Shown piece after piece: positions 7,996-17,106 of a stretch of 64,000 bases of DNA. The stretch is from Bdellovibrionota bacterium. GTDB taxonomy: Bacteria > Bdellovibrionota > UBA2428. Location: assembly GCA_035539375.1 (NCBI GenBank), contig DATLIP010000114.1, forward strand, positions 7,443-71,442, written 5' to 3'. A model generated the notes under the pieces. It was not told where the DNA came from and did not search any database. It worked only from the letters and a program-made list of their open reading frames with translations. Numbering within the stretch: position 1 is the stretch's first letter; each line of letters starts with the position of its first letter. A program made the position numbers and the translations under genes.

Positions 7996-9519
7996 TTAGC
8001 GCACCGGCAATTCGCCATAAACGACTTCGGGTTCGTCGAGATGGCTCTCTGCGAGAACCTCACCCCAAGGCGCGACAAGTGCCGAGAAACCCGTGTTCGC
8101 GGGGCGCACGAGCGGCAGGCGCAATCGCGCCGCATGCCAGCGCGACAAAAAGAGATTTTGAAAGGGCTGCGAGGTGAGGCCATACCACGAATCGTTCGAG
8201 GGATTCACGAGCACGATGTCGCGCTCGGGATAATCGCGACGCGCGAGATCCACAAAGCCATTCACAAACGATTCGAAAAGAATTTCATAGCAGATGAGCG
8301 GCACCATCACGGGCCCTTCCCCTTCGGTGTTCAGCAACTTGTACTCAGTGCCCGCACCAAAGAGCGGCACCGTGGGAATGATTCGGTAAATTTCGGGATA
8401 CCATTTGTCGCCCGGGATATATTCCCCAAAGGGCATGCGCACCATCTTGCGATAGGCCTCTCCGGGTTTTCCGGGCTCGATGGCGGCGAGCACATTGAAA
8501 TCCACGTCGCGTGTGATGGGCCCCACACTGAAGGAGCCATACTCGTAAGAACCCACCAGGTGCAGGCCCTTTGAGCGATGCACCATATTGCGCAGTTCAA
8601 GGCCCAAAAAGTCAGGCTGATTCCAAATGCCGGGAAAGGAGGTCTCGGGCCAAAAGTAGAGCGGCCTAAAGGTGTCGGTGGCGGAGTTTTCGCTGAGCAG
8701 GTGTATGGAGGCTTCTTCCACGAGATCACGGTAGATGAGGCTCACTCGACGCACCGAAGGCACTTCGCCGAGCTTGACGTTTTTTTTGACCGTGTTGCCG
8801 ATATTCCCCTGCAAAATGGCGATGGGACGCGAATTGGGGTAGCGTTCCATGAGCACCTTACGGTTCCAGAATCCGGCAAATACCGGCACGCTCCACACCA
8901 GCACGTTGATGGCAAAGATGTTCAGCGCGCGCTCACGACGCGACACGGAGCGGAGCCAGAGCCCAGCCGTGGCGGCAGCGGAGAGAAAGAAAATCACGCG
9001 CCAACCGTTCGTTCCCAAATAACCGGTGCTCGCCAGCAGCAACTGAGAGCTGCCCACGGACATCACAGGGGTCCAGGGATAGACACGAAAATCGAGAAAG
9101 TCCCACACGAGCCACATCACGCCGAGCGCGAGCCAGGGGTAAGTCTCAAGGCGTGGGTAGCGACGCAGGACGCGGCGGTAAATCCAGCCGAGTAGCGCCG
9201 AGGAGAGCGCCACCAAAACGAGCGCAAGTAGCATCAACGGAATGGAGGCCGCCCACGGCATCGCGCCGAATTCGCGAAAGGTGTAAGCGACCCAATAAAA
9301 GCCAAAGAGGTGCACCGCATAGGAGTACCAAAAGAAAAAGAGCGGCGCGCGAGCGCGCAGCTGCGGCGAACGCTCAAAGAAGATGGCCCAGAGCACGAAA
9401 GCGAGCCATGCCAGAGGCCAAAGCCCCACTGGCGGAAACGCGAGAGCCACAAGAATCGCGAGGAACGCGGCGGGGAGCAGAACTTGAGGATCAAAGACGG
9501 ATTTGATCCGGGCTTTCAT
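7996..9519 (-). CDS. lnt: Apolipoprotein N-acyltransferase
   Basis: Multi-TM N-terminal domain plus a C-terminal CN-hydrolase domain (LICYEILFESF region); length 507 aa. Confidence 0.9.
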   Translation of the reverse strand: MKARIKSVFDPQVLLPAAFLAILVALAFPPVGLWPLAWLAFVLWAIFFERSPQLRARAPLFFFWYSYAVHLFGFYWVAYTFREFGAMPWAASIPLMLLALVLVALSSALLGWIYRRVLRRYPRLETYPWLALGVMWLVWDFLDFRVYPWTPVMSVGSSQLLLASTGYLGTNGWRVIFFLSAAATAGLWLRSVSRRERALNIFAINVLVWSVPVFAGFWNRKVLMERYPNSRPIAILQGNIGNTVKKNVKLGEVPSVRRVSLIYRDLVEEASIHLLSENSATDTFRPLYFWPETSFPGIWNQPDFLGLELRNMVHRSKGLHLVGSYEYGSFSVGPITRDVDFNVLAAIEPGKPGEAYRKMVRMPFGEYIPGDKWYPEIYRIIPTVPLFGAGTEYKLLNTEGEGPVMVPLICYEILFESFVNGFVDLARRDYPERDIVLVNPSNDSWYGLTSQPFQNLFLSRWHAARLRLPLVRPANTGFSALVAPWGEVLAESHLDEPEVVYGELPVR

Positions 9520-10269
9520 TTATTTTTGTTCCTTGAAAAAATTTCGCACCTTTTCGGCCATCTCCGAGACCACCTGAATGAGATCCTTCTGGGTGGAATC
9601 TATGAGAATGGCGTCTTCGGACTGGCGCAGCGGGGCGATTTCGCGGTTCATGTCCTGCGAATCGCGCTGAGCGGTCTCGCGCAGCACGCGGTCGTAATCG
9701 ATGGTGGCGTTGCCGGCGGCGCTCAGCTCGTCAAAGCGGCGCTTGGCGCGCGATTCAACACTGGCGGTAAGATAAAACTTCAATTCGGCGTGCGGAAAGA
9801 TCACCGTGCCGATGTCGCGGCCTTCCATCACGATGCCGCCCTCTTCACCAAAGGCACGCTGGAGCGCGAGAAGCGCATCGCGCACTTTGGGAAAACGCGA
9901 AACTTTGGAGGCAGCCATGCCCACTTCGGGACGACGGATGTCTTGAGTGACGTCCAGGCCGTTGCAGAACACAGGCAGGCGAGGAACCATAATGCGGTCC
10001 TCGGAGTCGCCCGAGACCTTTTCGAGTTTGCCGAATTGAATTTTGAGCGAGTAGCAGAGCTTGGCGAGGCCGTCTTCGTCGTCAAAGTCGACGCCGGTCT
10101 CCAGCGCTTGCAGCGCGAGCGAACGGTAGAGAGCGCCCGTGTCGATCAGGCGAAAGCCAAGTTGGTAGGCGAGCAATCGAGCGGCGGTGCTTTTGCCGGC
10201 GCCGGCGGGGCCGTCGATCGCGACGATGGGCAAACGAACGGGGTCGGACTCCACGAGCTTGAGATTCAT
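9520..10269 (-). CDS. cmk: Cytidylate kinase
   Basis: P-loop IVAIDGPAGAGKST and Cmk-family conservation; the ATG at 10269 gives a 249-aa protein. The track ORF extends to 10392. Confidence 0.9.
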   Translation of the reverse strand: MNLKLVESDPVRLPIVAIDGPAGAGKSTAARLLAYQLGFRLIDTGALYRSLALQALETGVDFDDEDGLAKLCYSLKIQFGKLEKVSGDSEDRIMVPRLPVFCNGLDVTQDIRRPEVGMAASKVSRFPKVRDALLALQRAFGEEGGIVMEGRDIGTVIFPHAELKFYLTASVESRAKRRFDELSAAGNATIDYDRVLRETAQRDSQDMNREIAPLRQSEDAILIDSTQKDLIQVVSEMAEKVRNFFKEQK

Positions 10270-10367
10270 GGAAGCCTTTTTTAGCGCCCGAATTCCCTGA
10301 GGTCTAGTGATGTCTGCTTGCGGAGAGCGAAATTCGGCTCTAAAACTAATCTGAAGGGCGACTAGGC

Positions 10368-11180
10368 ATGTCATCAGCAAAAATTTCGGCACTCATCATC
10401 ACGTACAACGAAGAAAAAAACATTGCCCGCTGCCTTGACGCCCTGGTGGGCCTCGCAGACGAAATCGTCGTGGTGGATTCGTATTCCACCGACCGCACCC
10501 CCGAGATCTGCCGCGCCTACCCCAAGGTGAGATTCCTGCAAAACCCTTTCGCCGGGCACATCGAGCAAAAGAACTTCGCACTCGACCAAGCCACGGGGGA
10601 CTACCAGCTCTCGCTCGATGCCGACGAGGTGTTGAGCCCAGAGCTCCAGCGCTCGATCGCCCAAGCCAAGGCCGCAGGTTTTGGCGCCGAGGCTTACCGT
10701 TTCAACCGTCGCACGCACTATGTCGACCGCTGGATCAAGCATTGCGGCTGGTACCCAGATACCAAACTGCGCCTCGTGCGCCGAGGCACCGCGCGCTGGG
10801 GCGGGCAGAACCCACACGATAAGTTGATCCCCAAGAACCCCCGCGCACGCACCGTGTGGCTCCATGGAGACTTGCTCCACTACAGCTATGCCTCGATCGC
10901 CGAACACGTGCAACAAACAAACAAGTTCACCTCCATCGCTGCCGAAGCGCTGCACCGCCAGGGCAAGCGCTCGTGCACCTGGAAGATCTTCACGCGCCCG
11001 CTCTTACAATTTGTAAGAGATTATTTCTTCAAGCTCGGTTTTTTGGATGGCAAGTACGGCTTTGTGATTTGCTACATCAACGGGCTTTCGGCGCTACTGA
11101 AATATGCCAAGCTCAAAGAGCTGCAGAATGCGAAGAGCCCCGTAGAGGCGTCGCCAATCCGTTCGCCCCACGACTCATAA
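10368..11180 (+). CDS. Family-2 glycosyltransferase, KdtX/WaaE-like (LPS core biosynthesis)
   Basis: ALIITYNEEKNIARCLDAL...VVVDSYSTDRT GT-A fold with DxD; C-terminal GWYPD motif. It is a paralogue of the CDS at 13165-14001. Confidence 0.8.
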   Translation: MSSAKISALIITYNEEKNIARCLDALVGLADEIVVVDSYSTDRTPEICRAYPKVRFLQNPFAGHIEQKNFALDQATGDYQLSLDADEVLSPELQRSIAQAKAAGFGAEAYRFNRRTHYVDRWIKHCGWYPDTKLRLVRRGTARWGGQNPHDKLIPKNPRARTVWLHGDLLHYSYASIAEHVQQTNKFTSIAAEALHRQGKRSCTWKIFTRPLLQFVRDYFFKLGFLDGKYGFVICYINGLSALLKYAKLKELQNAKSPVEASPIRSPHDS

Positions 11181-11243
11181 AATTACCGCCGCAGCGGCTG
11201 TAGATGACGTCATCCGCGGAACAAATCTTGCCATCATCCTCTC

Positions 11244-11280
11244 TCCGTATCTGAAAGGTGCCACCAACCTTTTGGTTGCG
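11244..11280. repeat. Left terminal inverted repeat (about 37 bp) of the low-GC cassette
   Basis: AAAGGTGCCACCAACCTTTTGGTTGCGCAGCTGCGTT; its reverse complement matches 12114-12150 at 35 of 37 positions. Confidence 0.55.
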
Positions 11281-11407
11281 CAGCTGCGTTATTTTCTTGA
11301 GCAATTCAAACATCGGCGTTCACAATGAACTCGGGTGCACTATTTTTGCGATCAAAATCCCGAGATTTCACGTGCGGAGTTTTGCTCAATTTCGAGGGAT
11401 TGTTGCT

Positions 11408-12001
11408 TCATATTCTGTAGTCGGAAATCCACTGACTTTTTAGAAACCCGTCACGAACCGTAATCACGATTGGCACGTTCTTTTGGCCTATGCCTTGGCA
11501 TTCATCTTTGTTTTTGCCGCCCCATCGGACAACTATTTCTTCGGTGTCGGTATCCTCAAATTGAATTTTAAACGTGCAGGTCCGAGAGCCTCGAGAGCCA
11601 CCGCTTGAAAAGAAGGTTTCTAAAATAACTCCGTTACGTACTTGGGGCGTCGAGGTATCTAGAAGTCGATTAATCATTCGTACTTGAGTAAAAGCCAAAC
11701 CCCACGGAGGAAATAAACATCCTCCTAAAGCAATACAGGTCAACACTCCCAGCCCTAGCTTGCCAATCAGGGACCCTCGCTTGAATACGCGTATCAATGC
11801 GTTTTTAAGACTCTTAACAACGTCTCGGTAGAATGATCGGAAAAAAACCATCCAAAATATGGTCAGCGCGATTTCATATGCTATTAGATCAGTCTCATAC
11901 GTAGAAATGTAAATGCGCTCAAAAAACAAAAGATAAGAGAGACTAGTGCTCCCCAAGATCAGAAAAAGTAGGATCCGTGTTCTCGCTTTAAATTGGAGCA
12001 T
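11408..12001 (-). CDS. Hypothetical membrane protein (2-3 N-terminal TM helices plus a soluble C-terminal domain) encoded in the low-GC cassette
   Basis: ORF of 197 aa with hydrophobic N-terminal segments and AT-rich codon usage unlike its neighbours. Confidence 0.45.
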   Translation of the reverse strand: MLQFKARTRILLFLILGSTSLSYLLFFERIYISTYETDLIAYEIALTIFWMVFFRSFYRDVVKSLKNALIRVFKRGSLIGKLGLGVLTCIALGGCLFPPWGLAFTQVRMINRLLDTSTPQVRNGVILETFFSSGGSRGSRTCTFKIQFEDTDTEEIVVRWGGKNKDECQGIGQKNVPIVITVRDGFLKSQWISDYRI

Positions 12002-12113
12002 TACTTAATTTGAACGCTAAAACTAAGGTAAGTCAAAATTCAATGATCAAAACCCATTAGCTGCCAAGCGAATCCTGAGGATTTAGTGAATTCGTTTGCG
12101 AATGCACGATTTT

Positions 12114-12150
12114 AACGCAGCTGCGCAGCCAAAAGGTTGGTGGCACATTT
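12114..12150. repeat. Right terminal inverted repeat of the low-GC cassette; abuts and overlaps the stop codon of the GT9 gene
   Basis: AACGCAGCTGCGCAGCCAAAAGGTTGGTGGCACATTT. Confidence 0.55.
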
Positions 12151-13168
12151 ACGCCAGTCGATCGCTGAAACGCCGTACTTCGCGGTAGACCCGAGCGCCC
12201 TGCATGCGTTCAATGCAGACGTGTGCGCGGCGAGGTTTGTGCTTGAGTGCTTCTTCTTCGCAGGCCGCGCAAGTGCCACTCACGCTGAGCACCGAAGCCC
12301 GGCGGCGCCACGGCCCATAGCCACAGTCCTGCAGGGCGGCTCCGCAGAGCGCGACCACGGGCACCGCGAGGTCCGAGGCCAGGTGCATCGACTCTAGGTC
12401 CGAAGCCACGAGCACGTCGCAGCTTTCGATTTGCGCAAGGCGTGCGGCGATGGCCACGTCGGCACACTCGTTTTTCACAAGCAGCGAGGCGTGGTGACTG
12501 CGCACCGATTCGGCGAGGGGCGCAGAGGAAGCAGGACCAAAAAGCTTCACCTCGACGCCCTGATCGGTGAGCACACGCGCGAGTTCCGCGATTTGCTTTG
12601 CGTCCCAGCGGCGCTCGTGGCCCATGGGGGGGGCGAGTGTGATGCCTACCGCCGCCTCATGTGTGCCTTTGGCATCGGCAAGCAGCGAGGCCTGCGTGCG
12701 CGCATCCCAGGGCGCGATGGCTTCGTTGCCCCAGCGCGCACGCAGAAGCTTGAAATTTTTGTCCATCTCGGATTCGTGCTCGTTCCACTTGGTCACGACG
12801 CTCTCGGTGTAAAAAAACGCCGGCGCGCCCGAAGCAAAGCCCACTCGGTGAGGAGCGCGCGAGCGCCAGGCCGCCCAGCCCGCGCGCCACGAGCGGTCGA
12901 GGCAGTACACGGTGTCCGCTGGCAGCGATAGGGGAAACTCGTTGCGTATGTCGATCCGCGCGGCGAAGGGACGCAGTCCGCGCGCGAGGGCAAGGTCCAC
13001 GAGATCGCGGTGAGCACGAACCACTAGCACGAGAGTCCCAGCACCACGCCCTTCACGCTCCAGCACTTCGGCCAGGCGATACACCGCTGGCAGCGCGAGT
13101 AGCACGTCCACTCGACGCTCAGGCAATACCAAAATATGTGCGGGAACAGCAGGGGCGGTCAAGCTCAT
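12149..13168 (-). CDS. Family-9 glycosyltransferase (LPS heptosyltransferase, RfaF/WaaC/WaaQ-like)
   Basis: GT9/GT-B architecture and motifs; sits in an LPS core gene context. Confidence 0.7.
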   Translation of the reverse strand: MSLTAPAVPAHILVLPERRVDVLLALPAVYRLAEVLEREGRGAGTLVLVVRAHRDLVDLALARGLRPFAARIDIRNEFPLSLPADTVYCLDRSWRAGWAAWRSRAPHRVGFASGAPAFFYTESVVTKWNEHESEMDKNFKLLRARWGNEAIAPWDARTQASLLADAKGTHEAAVGITLAPPMGHERRWDAKQIAELARVLTDQGVEVKLFGPASSAPLAESVRSHHASLLVKNECADVAIAARLAQIESCDVLVASDLESMHLASDLAVPVVALCGAALQDCGYGPWRRRASVLSVSGTCAACEEEALKHKPRRAHVCIERMQGARVYREVRRFSDRLA

Positions 13169-14001
13169 CGACGAGCATTCCAGTACGAATCGCGGGCTTT
13201 CTCAATACGTCGTTTCGTACAGAACGCGGCACCCTTGGCCATGTGGTATCCGGCTTTGCGGTCGAGAAAACCGGCGCGCAAAACGTAGTGATCCAAAAAA
13301 GAGGCTGCCACCTGAAGCATCTGCCGGGTCTTGCCGCTGGGCTTCGCTTTGCGGCCATGCCAGTACTCCGCGAGACGGGGGCCTCGTTCTTCGGCGTCGC
13401 GATCCGCGCGCGTGCCGAGTTCCGCGAGATCGCGAAAGGGCAGATAGCCCAAATGCGTGTCGATGGAGACCGTTTTGCCGTGTTGGGCATTGGGCACAAG
13501 TTCGATGCTGAGTTGCCCAGAGGGACCCGCGATCTCTTCCCACGTGGCGTGCTCCAATCGATAGAGGCGGCGCTGGAAATCCGGATACCAGCCCCCATGG
13601 CGCACTCGGCGGCCGAGAAAGAGCGTCTCTCGACGAAAAGCGTAGACGTGATCGGGATTCAGGTATTCGAGATGCGCCTGGATCCACTGCTGAGTGTCGC
13701 CCTCGATCCACTCGTCGGAATGGAGCCACATGAGCCATCGGGTTTTCACCAGAGCGGCAGTCTTTTCGCGCATGCGCGCACCGCTCGGCCACTTGCGAGT
13801 GACGAATTCAAAATCTTCGCTGCGGCGACCGGCTTCTTCCCAAGCCTGACGGAGCGCCTCGAAACTCTGATCCTCCGAAAACGAATCCACGATAAGCACG
13901 CGGGCACCGAGTTCGGCGACCGAAATGAGCGCTCGCGTGACCCGCGCCTCGTCGTTGTGGTTTTGGATACAAACGGTCAAGGTTTCGGCGATCGTCGACA
14001 T
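13165..14001 (-). CDS. Family-2 glycosyltransferase, KdtX/WaaE-like (LPS core biosynthesis)
   Basis: RVLIVDSFSEDQS GT-A motif and C-terminal GGWYPD. It is a paralogue of 10368-11180 and has a 4-bp overlap with the GT9 gene. Confidence 0.8.
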   Translation of the reverse strand: MSTIAETLTVCIQNHNDEARVTRALISVAELGARVLIVDSFSEDQSFEALRQAWEEAGRRSEDFEFVTRKWPSGARMREKTAALVKTRWLMWLHSDEWIEGDTQQWIQAHLEYLNPDHVYAFRRETLFLGRRVRHGGWYPDFQRRLYRLEHATWEEIAGPSGQLSIELVPNAQHGKTVSIDTHLGYLPFRDLAELGTRADRDAEERGPRLAEYWHGRKAKPSGKTRQMLQVAASFLDHYVLRAGFLDRKAGYHMAKGAAFCTKRRIEKARDSYWNARR

Positions 14002-14021
14002 GGGCGAAGAGTCTCCTTAGG

Positions 14022-15131
14022 TTATTTTGTGGCTTTTCTTGCGTTCCCTAGCTCGTCCAAATCGATCGGCGTGATCATTTCCGGTGTTGGCACGCTCAAA
14101 GCTTGACCGGGCTGATACTTGCGCAAATCGCCCGTGATCGATCCAAATTTGATGGTGGCGCGAAAACGCACCATGATGCGCGTGTCGTCGTCGGCAAACC
14201 AGCCCTCGACATCGCCCTTGGTCTCAAGGTGCCCCGAAATACGCGGGTTCAGTTTGTAGTGACGCGCCTTCACTCGACCGATAGGCAAATCGAGCGTCTC
14301 CGTGCCCAGGTAAATCGTTTCGTTGTTCCAGCCCTTGGTGCGATCGTGAATCGCAAAGTTCACGCGATCGCGCGGCTCGATGAATCGAAAAAAGTAGAGC
14401 GCCGAGAAGATGTCCTGCGCGTAGTGCGCGAGCTTGGACTCGTAGCGATCGATCTTCTTCTTTTTGTCTTTTTTCTCGGTGGTCGCGTAGAACTTGGAAA
14501 CTTGCGTTTGACGATTGAAGGTCACCACGCGCGTGCCCCACTGGGCCGATTCACGCTGCTGAATCTCTTGACGAATGGGCAAGTGTGAGTCGAGCGACAC
14601 ATAAGAATCAATGATGTCGTCGACTTTGTAAAAGAGCTCCAAGAGACGCGTGCTCTTGACGTGGGCCGTGTAATGCAGAGCCCGCGCGCCATCGACCATC
14701 TTGGGAGGCATGGTACGCATGGTGACCACCCCACCCTCGATGAGACCATAGCGCAGCGAATACTCTGCGACTTCGCCGATGCCATAAGGCCAGCTCGCGG
14801 GCTTCCACGTTTTCACGCCGCCCTTGGTTTTGCTCGCAGGAGCTGGCTTGGTTGCGGGGACTTTGATCACGGTGGCGGGCGTGGGAGTCGGGCGCGCCTT
14901 GGGAGCGCCTACAAAATTTGCTGTAGGGACGTTTTTTTCGGACGCCAACAGCGGAGCCGAAGATTTGTTGGTATCGACCACGTCGATCTGCAGATCGGAG
15001 ATTTTTTGATTGTACTCTTTGGGCGCGGCTTCGATCTGGTCGACTTCGACAAGGCGAGACGCGCACGCTGAGATGAAAATGCCGAGGCTAAGGATGACCG
15101 TGGTGGCCCAAACTAAAGAGCGCTTTCCCAT
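14022..15131 (-). CDS. DUF3108-like lipoprotein
   Basis: Signal peptide with lipobox (LGIFISAC), a Pro/Thr/Lys linker and a C-terminal domain resembling DUF3108, which is often LPS-locus associated. The track ORF extends to 15212. Confidence 0.5.
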   Translation of the reverse strand: MGKRSLVWATTVILSLGIFISACASRLVEVDQIEAAPKEYNQKISDLQIDVVDTNKSSAPLLASEKNVPTANFVGAPKARPTPTPATVIKVPATKPAPASKTKGGVKTWKPASWPYGIGEVAEYSLRYGLIEGGVVTMRTMPPKMVDGARALHYTAHVKSTRLLELFYKVDDIIDSYVSLDSHLPIRQEIQQRESAQWGTRVVTFNRQTQVSKFYATTEKKDKKKKIDRYESKLAHYAQDIFSALYFFRFIEPRDRVNFAIHDRTKGWNNETIYLGTETLDLPIGRVKARHYKLNPRISGHLETKGDVEGWFADDDTRIMVRFRATIKFGSITGDLRKYQPGQALSVPTPEMITPIDLDELGNARKATK

Positions 15132-16078
15132 GGCAAGGCGGCGCGGTAATCGAGCGAGGCTTTGAAGCGCCTGTGTAGCCATAGATACTGCTCGGGATAC
15201 CGGCGAATCCATTGCTCCATCTTCTCATTACATAGCCGCACATGTAAGGCCACATCTTCGTCTTTGTGGACCCCATTTGACTCAGCGCACGGCGGAATCT
15301 CGTCGCCCACATGAAGGTCGTAACCACCGCGCTCATCACGCAGCACGTAGCCTTCGACAATCGGCGCACGCAACGCGCGCGAGAGAATCGCAAGTCCCTT
15401 GGGTGACCACGCCTTGAGCCCAAGAAATGTGGTCTCGATGCCGTGGGGCTTGCCGGTGTGCTGATCCATCATGAAGGCGATGCAATAGCCTTCGCGGAAG
15501 GAGCGCACGAGCGAGCGACCCGAATAGGACTCTGCCAAAAAACGAATGCCGGTGCGTCGACGCGATCGCATCCAGATAAAATCCCAAAATCGCGAACGCA
15601 AGAAGCGCGTGATCGCCGCAAGCTTCACCCCGCGCGCCACGAGGCTGAGTCCGGCAAGATCCCAAGTGCCCAGGTGCGCCGTCAGAACAAAGAAGCCTTT
15701 CTCCTGCGCAACGAGCGACTCAAAACGCTCAAAGTTGTGGTAGCGCACGCGGCGGCGCACGGTGTTGTGGTTCCACGCAAAGCCCTCGAGCACTTCAAAA
15801 AATCCGTAGCACGCGTGCCAGATGCTTCGCTTGCCGATGGCTTCGATGCGGCGACGGTAGGCGTCCATGCTCTCCTCGCGCTCTCTCGGGAATACGGCAC
15901 AGAGATTGGCAAGCACGACGTGGCGACGAAACTTCACCACATCCCACCACAGAATATTCATCACGCGCAGGAGCATCGCCTTCACAAAAAACGGCGTCCA
16001 TAGAACCACAAAACCACATGTGAAAAGCACGCCGTAAACGGCCAGGGCGAGAATTTTGCTGAGGCGATCGAGCATCAT
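15113..16078 (-). CDS. lpxL: Lipid A biosynthesis lauroyl/myristoyl acyltransferase (LpxL/HtrB family)
   Basis: N-terminal TM anchor and LPLAT (HX4D-type) acyltransferase fold; located beside lpxK and lpxB. Confidence 0.75.
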   Translation of the reverse strand: MMLDRLSKILALAVYGVLFTCGFVVLWTPFFVKAMLLRVMNILWWDVVKFRRHVVLANLCAVFPREREESMDAYRRRIEAIGKRSIWHACYGFFEVLEGFAWNHNTVRRRVRYHNFERFESLVAQEKGFFVLTAHLGTWDLAGLSLVARGVKLAAITRFLRSRFWDFIWMRSRRRTGIRFLAESYSGRSLVRSFREGYCIAFMMDQHTGKPHGIETTFLGLKAWSPKGLAILSRALRAPIVEGYVLRDERGGYDLHVGDEIPPCAESNGVHKDEDVALHVRLCNEKMEQWIRRYPEQYLWLHRRFKASLDYRAALPWESAL

Positions 16079-17106
16079 GATTTGGCTCCGCCGCGTTTCA
16101 AGAGCGACAAGATCTTCTGAAGCGTGGCATGTTCATTTTGCCATGTGAGTCGCAAAAAAGCTCGGTAAAATTTCTTTTCCTTGCCGGCAAATTTCTTGGA
16201 GAGCGTTCCGTGTTCGAGCCAGGTACGGTACTCGCTTTCGTCGAAGATCTTTACGGCCTCTTTGTCGCCGAGGATCACCTCGCCAGAACTCCGTCCCGCC
16301 AGAGCAGCAAGGATCTTCTCACGTGTGGCGTGGTCGCGCAGCGGAAGGCTCTCGGCCTGAAGAAAGCGTTTTTTCATTTCGCGCAGGTAGGGCGCGTATC
16401 CAGCGCGCGTGGTGAGCACAAGAGGTGAGGCTCCCGAGGGAGCGGTCGCCATCTCGGTGTCTTTGAGCAGATCCAAGCCCAGGCGCAGCACCACTTGGGC
16501 ACGATCAAGGGACGAGGGCGGCTCTCGCAACTCCCCCCAAGGCAGCACTCGGTTGCCGAGGTCATCCTCACTAACGATCACAATGTCCACATCGCGCGCC
16601 AACGCCCAATGCTGAAAGCCGTCGTCGAGCACAAAGACCCACGGTTTGACGGTGCTCTGCGTGTTCAAAAAGCGCTGTGCGTTTGCGGCTCGCCGTTTGC
16701 CAACAAGAATCGCTTCTGCCGCACCCGCGCGCGCAATTTCAGTGGCCTCGTCGCCCATACGCAGAGGATCGGCACTCTCGCCCGCACGCCAAACGACGTC
16801 TTCTCGCAGAGTGCGACCGTAGCCTCGTGTGAGCACCACGGGCAAGTAGCCCGCCGCGCGCAAGCGCCGGCAAAGGTGAATCACAAAGGGCGTTTTGGCT
16901 CGGCCTCCGAGCGCGATGTTGCCCACCGAAACCACCGGAAAGGGCAAGGACAGGGTGCGCGTGCTGCGCCGATCGAGCCATGTGCCCAGGCGGTAAAGCC
17001 ACGAAAAGGGGGCGAACAAAATGGCGATGATCAGCGCGTCCACGTTATAACTTCCACAATTTGGCCAAATCCTCGGCGATGCGGAAGGAAACGCCGGCAT
17101 CGCCAA
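16075..17106 (-). CDS. lpxK: Tetraacyldisaccharide 4'-kinase
   Basis: SWLYRL N-terminal motif and P-loop VSVGNIALGGRAKTP. The start may lie internal to the track ORF, which overlaps lpxB by 62 bp. Confidence 0.85.
   Translation of the reverse strand: MAMPAFPSASPRIWPNCGSYNVDALIIAILFAPFSWLYRLGTWLDRRSTRTLSLPFPVVSVGNIALGGRAKTPFVIHLCRRLRAAGYLPVVLTRGYGRTLREDVVWRAGESADPLRMGDEATEIARAGAAEAILVGKRRAANAQRFLNTQSTVKPWVFVLDDGFQHWALARDVDIVIVSEDDLGNRVLPWGELREPPSSLDRAQVVLRLGLDLLKDTEMATAPSGASPLVLTTRAGYAPYLREMKKRFLQAESLPLRDHATREKILAALAGRSSGEVILGDKEAVKIFDESEYRTWLEHGTLSKKFAGKEKKFYRAFLRLTWQNEHATLQKILSLLKRGGAKS

Larger units (their letters stand above)
11244..12150. mobile_element. About 0.9-kb AT-rich cassette flanked by imperfect terminal inverted repeats (MITE-like or non-autonomous element carrying one ORF)
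   Basis: GC is visibly lower than the flanks. The inverted repeats lie at both ends, inserted between convergent LPS genes. No transposase is present. Confidence 0.35.

Noticed and set aside
8041-10284. Plus-strand ORFs of 177, 205 and 324 aa
   Set aside because: Antisense to lnt and cmk, which have unambiguous family signatures.
11113-11313. 66-aa minus-strand ORF spanning the left cassette repeat and the 3' end of the GT2 gene
   Set aside because: It overlaps a real gene's C-terminus and a palindromic repeat, so it is probably a structural by-product. I could not exclude that it is a small cassette-encoded peptide.
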